Shown: positions 57,616 through 64,000 of the stretch, one piece after another
Numbering within the stretch: the stretch's first letter is position 1
Layout: each line of letters opens with the position of its first letter
DNA from: Chloroflexota bacterium
Lineage (GTDB): Bacteria > Chloroflexota > Dehalococcoidia > SHYB01
Assembly (NCBI GenBank): GCA_022572465.1
Contig: JACZVV010000001.1
Location: 2,749-66,748 of the forward strand
DNA: 64,000 bases
Direction of reading: 5' to 3'
Made by a program: the position numbers and the translations under genes
The notes under the pieces: generated by a model
The model's database searches: none
Told to the model about the DNA's origin: nothing
Seen by the model: the letters and a program-made list of their open reading frames with translations, nothing else

Positions 57616-57930
57616 ATGCCCCTATACGAATACGAATGCCCCAGCGAGCATCGCTTCGAGTTGCGACAGAGCTTCGACTCCGAGCCTCGGGCCGTCTGCC
57701 CCACCTGTGAATCCGATTCTCGCCGCCTTATTCTGGCGGTGCCCGTCCACTACAAGGGCAGCGGCTTCTACACCACCGACTACGGCCGCTCCGATGCCGG
57801 CAGCGATGAGTCCACCAGCGACTCCTCAAAGGAATCGGACGGCGCCAAGAAGTCCAAGGACTCGACCGAAGCGAAGTCCGAGACCAGCGCCTCGTCGACA
57901 GCCACCAAAGACGGCGGCGACGACTCCTAG
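57616..57930 (+). CDS. FmdB-family zinc-ribbon protein with acidic/Ser-rich tail
   Basis: MPLYEYECPSEHRFEL...CPTCES, then an S/D/E/K-rich low-complexity C-terminus. Paralog of 48265..48495. Confidence 0.7.
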   Translation: MPLYEYECPSEHRFELRQSFDSEPRAVCPTCESDSRRLILAVPVHYKGSGFYTTDYGRSDAGSDESTSDSSKESDGAKKSKDSTEAKSETSASSTATKDGGDDS

Positions 57931-57947
57931 CCCCGGGAGGCGCAGCT

Positions 57948-58427
57948 GTGCGCGCGCTGCTCCAGCGGGTGTCCAGAGCCTCGGTGCGTGTCGGCGATGA
58001 GCCCGTTGGAGCGATCGGACCCGGCATCGTGGCGTTGGTCGGCATCGCCCGGGGCGATTCGGAAGCCGACGCGCGGTACCTGGTCGAAAAAACGGTCAAT
58101 CTCCGCATCTTTCCCGATGACGAAGGGCGGTTCGACCGCTCGGCTCTCGATGTGGGCGCCGACCTGCTGCTCGTCAGCCAGTTCACTCTCCATGCCGACA
58201 CCCGCAAGGGCAGGCGCCCCAGCTTCACCGCCGCCGCCGGGCCCGAAGAGGCCCAGCGGCTCTTCGAACGCCTCGTGAGCCTGGCCGCGGAGACCGGTCT
58301 CCGCGTCGAGACCGGCCGCTTTCAGCAACACATGCTGGTGGAAATCCACAACGACGGTCCCGTGACCCTCATGCTCGATAGCGACGACCGGCATCGGTCC
58401 CGCTCCGGCGGGGCCAAAGCGCCGTAG
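57948..58427 (+). CDS. dtd: D-aminoacyl-tRNA deacylase
   Basis: MRALLQRVSRASV, SQFTL motif, NDGPVT. Confidence 0.85.
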   Translation: MRALLQRVSRASVRVGDEPVGAIGPGIVALVGIARGDSEADARYLVEKTVNLRIFPDDEGRFDRSALDVGADLLLVSQFTLHADTRKGRRPSFTAAAGPEEAQRLFERLVSLAAETGLRVETGRFQQHMLVEIHNDGPVTLMLDSDDRHRSRSGGAKAP

Positions 58428-58798
58428 CCTTCCGCCGTCCCTCGCCCCGCTGTTGCTCGCCCCTCCGCGCGCTGCATCTCCGTGCCTCTCCGCGCCATCG
58501 GCCGCCGGCATCCTCGCCCTAGACTCCGCGGGCTAGCCACGCTATGCAGCCGCGTCATTACACGCACATGGCCGCCGTCCGACACCATGTCGACAGGTTC
58601 GCATAGCCCTCGGCTCGCCGGCGAGTCCGCGGTTTCCAACGTCGATCGGCGGCCTCTCTCCATCCATCCTCGCCGTTTCGGGCTAGCCCTCCATCTCACC
58701 CCACAAATCACTCTAAAGGGCGATTCGCGGCAATGCCGCATCAGCAATACTGGTTTTAGACGCATTCAAAACAATTATTTACCATTGGCCAAAACCGA

Positions 58799-60190
58799 AT
58801 GAAAGTGCGTCTTACGGTCCCGGCGGAAAGCGGAGGAACGCCGACGATCGCTGGCCCGCACGAAATCAAGACAGACCGGCGCGGGCCACGGGCTGACGGG
58901 GCGGAGATGAGGAGACAGACGGTGAAAGAATCAAGCTCGCGCCGTGCCAGGCTGTCGTTCGTGGCCACCACGTTGGGGCCGCCTATCGGCATCGGACTCG
59001 TCATCGCTCTGTGGGCGGCCGTTGCGCTGGGCCTTCACCTGGGCGCCGTCCAGGGCAACCCGGGCGTCCGCATCGGCGAGAACTTCGTACTCCACGTGGC
59101 CGCGCTGGCCGCCGGTTTGGCGGGACTGGTTCTCGTGAAGGCTCTGACGCCCCAACGGTCCCGCGGCTTGACGGCCTCAGGCAAGGCCCGAGTGGGCAAC
59201 CTGGCTGGATTCGGCGCCGCTGGCCTGGCCGCGGGGGCCGCCTGGCACCTGCTGGCCCGGTGGTCCGGCTTCGCGGCCCTCGCCGATTCCACGGCCCAAC
59301 AGGCCGCGCAGATCGCCATCGTGTCCGTGTCCGCGATGACCGCTGGCCTCCTGATCCAGCACTACCGTACCGTGATGGCGCGGGTCCGGTCCCAACACGA
59401 AATCCTCCGGAAGCAGGTCCGAGAGTTGGAGCGGTCCCGGGCGGCGCTAACCGAGAGTGAAGAGCGAATGCGCCGCGAGATCGCCGATCTTTTGCACGGG
59501 CCCGTTCAGAGCCGCCTGCTCATCATCTGGCACCGAATGGCCGACTGCCAGGAGCTCATCGAAAACGAGCCCCAGCGAGCCGCCGCGATTCTCGCCGCCG
59601 CCCGCGACGACATCGATCGCCTTCGAGAGCAGGAGGTGCGTCAGGCGAGCCATCTCCTCCATCCGGAGGCCATCGGCGCCGGACTGGTCGAGGCGGTGCG
59701 TGCCCTGTTGACGCGGGTCCAGGACCGCGCCAAGATCAGGATCATGGTCGACCCGAAGCTGGCCAAACTGGACGCCCCGACGTCGAACCGGCTCCCGGCG
59801 AAGGTCCGCCTCATCGCCTTTCGGGTGATCGAAGAGAGCCTGAACAACATCTGGCGCCACGCCGACGCCGATACGATCGACGTCACCCTTGCCGTCACAC
59901 CGGAAGACCAGCTCTACGTGATCGTGAAAGACAACGGACGAGGTTTCGACACCTCCACCATGCGGCCCGGCTTGGGACTGACCACCATCGCCGCGCGGGT
60001 CGCCCAGGTCGGCGGGGTTTGGCACATTGCCAGCGATCCGGGCTCGGGAACCGAGCTCGGCGTGTCCCTGCCCCTCTCCGCCGTCGACGAGAGGGTGGTG
60101 GAGTCCGCCGCCGAAGCCCCGGACTCGCCTCCTTCGAGCGGCTCGGCTGGCAGCGACGCCAACGCTCAAAAGTCCGGCTCTGCGGCCTGA
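58799..60190 (+). CDS. Membrane sensor histidine kinase (HisKA_3-type, NarL-class partner)
   Basis: 4 TM segments, H-box IADLLHGPVQSRL, HATPase_c (DNGRGFD, GLGL). True start may be an internal Met near 58907. Confidence 0.8.
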   Translation: MKVRLTVPAESGGTPTIAGPHEIKTDRRGPRADGAEMRRQTVKESSSRRARLSFVATTLGPPIGIGLVIALWAAVALGLHLGAVQGNPGVRIGENFVLHVAALAAGLAGLVLVKALTPQRSRGLTASGKARVGNLAGFGAAGLAAGAAWHLLARWSGFAALADSTAQQAAQIAIVSVSAMTAGLLIQHYRTVMARVRSQHEILRKQVRELERSRAALTESEERMRREIADLLHGPVQSRLLIIWHRMADCQELIENEPQRAAAILAAARDDIDRLREQEVRQASHLLHPEAIGAGLVEAVRALLTRVQDRAKIRIMVDPKLAKLDAPTSNRLPAKVRLIAFRVIEESLNNIWRHADADTIDVTLAVTPEDQLYVIVKDNGRGFDTSTMRPGLGLTTIAARVAQVGGVWHIASDPGSGTELGVSLPLSAVDERVVESAAEAPDSPPSSGSAGSDANAQKSGSAA

Positions 60191-60208
60191 TCCGCGCCAG
60201 GTGAGCTG

Positions 60209-60631
60209 TCAGGCCCTGCGCGCGATCCTCGACTCCGACCAGTGCTGGTCCAGCAGATCGAGGACCCGCTCCGCTCTCAAGTCCGCCTTGAACAAGCACC
60301 CGATGGCGCCGACCTCCCGCGCCGAGCTCTCGAGGTTCGAGCCCCCCTCGGCGGTCATCAGCAAGACTCGAAGCCACGGATACGACCGCGCTATCCGTCG
60401 CGCAACGTCGAAGCCGCTCAGGCCCGGCATGTTCACGTCCATCAGCACCGCGTTCGCATTCAGGCGCGGCAAGCGGTCCAGGGCCTCCTCGCCGGACGCG
60501 GCCAGACTGGCAACGCGAATCCGTGGATGCCCGGCGAGCAGCTCCTGGGTCAGGTGCAGGAAGTCCGGCTCGTCGTCCACGGCCAGGAGCGTCCAGATCT
60601 TTGCGTTCGGCAGGGAGAGAGTGCTTGCCAT
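60209..60631 (-). CDS. Single-domain (receiver-only, CheY-like) response regulator
   Basis: LLAVDDEPDF, phospho-acceptor Asp in VLMDVNMPGLSG, conserved Thr/Lys positions. No output domain. Confidence 0.8.
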   Translation of the reverse strand: MASTLSLPNAKIWTLLAVDDEPDFLHLTQELLAGHPRIRVASLAASGEEALDRLPRLNANAVLMDVNMPGLSGFDVARRIARSYPWLRVLLMTAEGGSNLESSAREVGAIGCLFKADLRAERVLDLLDQHWSESRIARRA

Positions 60632-60732
60632 TGGATCCCGGGTCCTCCAGCAGGACGCCTATGCATTGCACTCCACGCTATCAAGCCTCGTCGTCGTCGC
60701 ATAGCGGGCCACTCCGCACCCGCCGGTGGGCA

Positions 60733-60768
60733 TATCCCGCATCCCCCCTGGAATATCCCGCATCCCCC
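60733..60768. repeat. Two tandem copies of ATATCCCGCATCCCCC, about 100 bp upstream of the receiver gene
   Basis: Read directly from the sequence; period of about 20 bp. Confidence 0.6.
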
Positions 60769-61189
60769 TATGAGGCTCACCCCCCACTCCGCGATGGCCG
60801 ATCGGCGCTTTTCACCCACTTTCTGAAGCCGCAGCCTCCTCGCCGCAAGCGCGCCACCAAACCCGCGTGGGGCGTTCCACCAAATCCCCCTGCGTGGCCG
60901 GGCCCATAGCCGCCTGCTGGTTGGCCAACCTCGGCGCGACGGCGATGGGCCCGGCCACGCCGCCGGCCCGTCCATAGCCTCGCATGCGGGCGGCCCCTCC
61001 GCCCTCGCCACCATTTACAAACGTGCTTGCGGGCTAATGCGTGCAGGTCACGTGGGGCAACGCCCCGTCGCTACGGTATCGTCGTGATGTCGGCGGACAA
61101 GGACCGGCCCGCTCTCCAACCGCTCGCGGGGAGCGAATCCAACAACCGTCAACGTCGCGGCGACACGACATCACTCGGAGACAACGGCG

Positions 61190-61807
61190 ATGACCAAATT
61201 CTTCAAGCGCATCCGGGCCCTGGTGAAGGAAAGCCGAGGCTTCACCCTCATCGAGATGATGACCGTCATGGGCATCCTATCGGTGCTCTCCGCCATCACC
61301 TTTCCCGCGGTCACGGGGACCACCTCGTTCAGCAGGGCAACGACGCAGACCGTGGACCTGACCTCGGCCCAGCAATCGGTCGACCGTTTTATCAGCGACA
61401 CCGGCAGCTTCTTTCCCACCCTGGCTTCGTTGGCAGGGACCACCAGCGCCTGGCAAGCCGGTGAGCTCCCGGAGGCAGCGCCCATCGGCGGCGACGGGTC
61501 CACCGTCGAATTAGCCATGCTCTTCACCCAGGAAGGCATCGCCGGGTTCGATTTCAGCGCCACCTTCGAGAGCGGCTCGACCGTCAACCCCTTCATCGGC
61601 AGCTATCTCAGAGACCGGCCCAAGCACGACGACGAAGTGGTCACGCTCGATGCGGGCGAGGAGTCTCCGACAATCCGGGTCAACAAGCGAGGCGAGAACG
61701 TCTACGTCAAACTGAAGAACACCACCGCAGCCCCCCTATCATTTCTCCTGTGGGGACTCGATTCCAGCGGCGGCGTCTGGGTCTTTGTGGACCGAGACTT
61801 CTACTAA
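61190..61807 (+). CDS. Type IV pilin / pseudopilin-like protein (prepilin N-terminal cleavage/methylation domain)
   Basis: SRGFTLIEMMTVMGILSVLSAITFP is the class III signal peptide plus the hydrophobic helix. Confidence 0.7.
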   Translation: MTKFFKRIRALVKESRGFTLIEMMTVMGILSVLSAITFPAVTGTTSFSRATTQTVDLTSAQQSVDRFISDTGSFFPTLASLAGTTSAWQAGELPEAAPIGGDGSTVELAMLFTQEGIAGFDFSATFESGSTVNPFIGSYLRDRPKHDDEVVTLDAGEESPTIRVNKRGENVYVKLKNTTAAPLSFLLWGLDSSGGVWVFVDRDFY

Positions 61808-61930
61808 CCGATTACTCCCGCGGCATTTCCCGTACAGCCGGGGAGACCTCTCTCGCCCTTGAGGTCTCCCCGGTGCTTTTTAGCCCTCGCCGGTCGGCCC
61901 AACGTCGCCTGAAGATGTCGCGCACCGCGG

Positions 61931-62740
61931 TTACTGGAACAACGACCAATCGCCCTTGTCGTCGCGGGTCCAACCGCTGCTGGCCCAGGTCCCGCCGTCG
62001 ACGCTGATGGTGATGCCGGTGGTCCACGCCCCTAGATCAGAGCACAGGTAGACGCAGGCGCCCGCCACGTCCTCCACGGAGCCGATGCGCCCCAGGGGAA
62101 TGCCGCGCAACACGCCTTGGATGCGCTCGGGGGTCATCGACGGCATCGTGTGGGGCGTGCCGATGAAGTCGGGCGCGATGGCGTTGACGCGAATGCCGTG
62201 GTCCGCCAGCTCCAGGGCCATCGATCGCGTGAAGTTGAGCATCCCGGCCTTGCAGGCGGCGTAGACCGAGTACATCGGCGCGGCCCGCAGGCCCTCGATG
62301 CTCGAGATGTTGACGATGGAGCCCTGGCGCTTGCCGTCGATCATCGCCCGGACCGCGGCATCGGTGCAGTTGAACAGACCCATCAGATTCAGGTCGATGT
62401 GCTTCCGCCAGCCGGCCTCTCCCATATCCAGAAAGGCCATGTGCCGCGTGCCGCCGGCGTTGTTCACCAGGATGTCCACGCCTCCCAGCTCGTCGACGGT
62501 GCGCGCCACCATCGCCTTCACCTGCTCGAAGTCGCGAATGTCCGTCGTCATCGCCTCGCCCCTTCGCCCCACCGCGCGGACCTCCTCGGCCACCTGCTCA
62601 CCGGCGATCTGATTGCGGTCCGCGATGACCACGTCGGCGCCGAACCTGGCAAAGGTCAGGGCGATGCCCTTGCCGATGCCGTCACCGCCGCCGGTGACGA
62701 TGGCGACCTTGTCCTTCAACATTGGGCTGGATGCGTCCAT
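61931..62740 (-). CDS. SDR-family oxidoreductase
   Basis: VAIVTGGGDGIGKGIA, YAACKAG. Confidence 0.85.
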   Translation of the reverse strand: MDASSPMLKDKVAIVTGGGDGIGKGIALTFARFGADVVIADRNQIAGEQVAEEVRAVGRRGEAMTTDIRDFEQVKAMVARTVDELGGVDILVNNAGGTRHMAFLDMGEAGWRKHIDLNLMGLFNCTDAAVRAMIDGKRQGSIVNISSIEGLRAAPMYSVYAACKAGMLNFTRSMALELADHGIRVNAIAPDFIGTPHTMPSMTPERIQGVLRGIPLGRIGSVEDVAGACVYLCSDLGAWTTGITISVDGGTWASSGWTRDDKGDWSLFQ

Positions 62741-62783
62741 CGGCTCGGCTCCTATGCTGCAGATGCGGAGGTGACGTCCGCTT

Positions 62784-64000
62784 CTATCCAGGCCAGGTGA
62801 TCACGCCGGCCCGCTTCAGCCGCTCCGTCTCCTCGCCGGCATACCCCAGCTCGTCCATGATCCTCTGGGTGTGCTGGCCCAGCAGCGGCGGCGGGCCGAA
62901 GATTCGACCCGGCGTCTCCGAGAAGTGGACCAGATGGCCGAACTGGCGCATCTTGCCATACTCGGGATGCTCATACTCCACGACCAGGCCGTTCTTGACG
63001 TTGTCGGCGTCGGTGAACCAGTCCTGGCCGGCATCCGGGTCGGAGATCTCACAGGGCACGCCGGCGGAATCCAGCGCGTCGAACCACGCCTGGGCCGTCC
63101 TGCCGGCGAACGCCGCTTCCAACACGCTCGTCAGCTGCTTGGCGTGGCCGCCTCGGGCCTCGGCGGTTGCGAACCGTTCATCGCCCGCCAGCTCGTCCTT
63201 GCCGATGGCGCGGCATAGGGCCTGCCAATGCTCCTGGTTGAAGCACGCGATGGCGATCCAGCCGTCGCTCGTCTGGTACAAGCGATACAGCGGACCCAGG
63301 CCCGTCTGGGAGGCGTTCAACCGCGGCCGCTGGAACGGCCCATCGGGCCCAATGTACACGTCCGAGTTGTAGTAGACGCCACAGTTCAGCAGGCTCGTAT
63401 CCACGAACTGGCCCTTGCCCGTCTTCTCGCGGTAGTAGAGCGCCAGCAGGACGCCGATGACCGATTGAAAGGCATTGCCCGTATCGCACATGCCGAAGCG
63501 GTACCACACCGGTGGGTTGCCCTCGCCGCCCGACTCGTGCTCGCAACCGCACATCGCCTGGAAAAGCTGGTCGAAACCTGGCCACGACGACATCGGTCCG
63601 GTGATGCCATAGGCCGGTGTGTGGCAATAGATCACGGCGGCGTTGAGATTCCGGGCCGTCTGGTAGTCGATCCCCAGCCGCTCCGCCACGCCTGGCCGGA
63701 AGTTGTGGTGAATCACGTCGGCCTGGCGCATCAGGCGGTGGGCGATCTCGCGCCCTTCTGGCTCCTTCAGATTGACGGCGATGTCCCGCTTGCCCCGCTG
63801 ACATCCGTGGAAGGGCATGCCGTTCATCCGCATCTGGTCGCCTTCGGTGGACTCCAGCTTGATCACGTCGGCGCCAAGATCGCTCAGGATCATCGGGCCG
63901 AAGGGCCCCGCCAGGAAGTTCCCGAAGTCCAAGACTCGTACGCCCGCCAGGGCGTGCTCGACGCCACGGCCGCCACCGCGTCGCGGCCTGCGGGACGCCG
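62784..64000 (-). CDS. Family-III CoA-transferase (CaiB/BaiF); 5' end runs beyond the window end
   Basis: Frame stays open upstream of the track start (...GVEHALAGVRVLDFGNFLAGP), giving the canonical RVLD N-terminus. No start codon inside the window. Confidence 0.8.
   Translation of the reverse strand, partial: ASRRPRRGGGRGVEHALAGVRVLDFGNFLAGPFGPMILSDLGADVIKLESTEGDQMRMNGMPFHGCQRGKRDIAVNLKEPEGREIAHRLMRQADVIHHNFRPGVAERLGIDYQTARNLNAAVIYCHTPAYGITGPMSSWPGFDQLFQAMCGCEHESGGEGNPPVWYRFGMCDTGNAFQSVIGVLLALYYREKTGKGQFVDTSLLNCGVYYNSDVYIGPDGPFQRPRLNASQTGLGPLYRLYQTSDGWIAIACFNQEHWQALCRAIGKDELAGDERFATAEARGGHAKQLTSVLEAAFAGRTAQAWFDALDSAGVPCEISDPDAGQDWFTDADNVKNGLVVEYEHPEYGKMRQFGHLVHFSETPGRIFGPPPLLGQHTQRIMDELGYAGEETERLKRAGVITWPG

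Noticed and set aside
58741-58800. AT-rich patch with GGTTTT...AAAACC inverted repeat upstream of the histidine kinase
   Set aside because: Plausibly just its promoter. There is not enough evidence for a specific call.

Overview
High-GC (about 68%) bacterial chromosome segment, probably Chloroflexota- or Actinobacteria-like. That guess rests on F420-type luciferase-like oxidoreductases, an RRM RNA-binding protein with a Gly tail, MmpL and a fused Tal-Pgi, and is inference only. Five blocks can be made out. (1) 1-16.5 kb, all on the minus strand: a glutaredoxin-TrxR fusion, an MmpL/RND exporter, a frameshifted TetR, a tightly coupled SAM methyltransferase / SRPBCC / radical-SAM module, and a pentose-phosphate operon (tkt, fused tal-pgi, gnd, zwf, pgl) translationally coupled to a GH15 hydrolase. 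(2) 16.8-21.9 kb: LLM oxidoreductase, a thioredoxin-fold protein with an in-frame TGA at the catalytic-Cys position (candidate selenoprotein), VOC, amidohydrolase, RRM protein. (3) 21.9-38.2 kb: a roughly 16 kb genomic island inserted in the anticodon loop of tRNA-Val(CAC), flanked by 45-bp direct repeats, with a multiply frameshifted tyrosine integrase. It carries catabolic cargo (three family-III CoA-transferases, two DUF35/thiolase-type pairs, amidohydrolases, LLM, MerB-like lyase) and nested scars of further mobile elements: a 21-27 bp direct repeat splitting a DUF1524-Excalibur nuclease gene, a tRNA-Ser 5' fragment next to an integrase stub, and a BrnT toxin broken by a 22-bp duplication. 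(4) 38.2-54 kb: tRNA-Met, SDR, isocitrate-lyase-family protein, OsmC, thiolase, IS200-like fragment, nadB-nadA, miaB, tRNA-Ser(GCT), FmdB Zn-ribbon, MazG, acpP-nusB-fabG-fabD-rpmF-yceD. (5) 54-64 kb: enoyl-CoA hydratase, ImmA-like peptidase, PI3/4-kinase-like protein, 28-bp tandem repeats, Dtd, histidine kinase and orphan receiver, type IV pilin-like protein, SDR, CoA-transferase. No CRISPR array or rRNA was seen. Coordinates derived by hand may be off by 1-3 nt.
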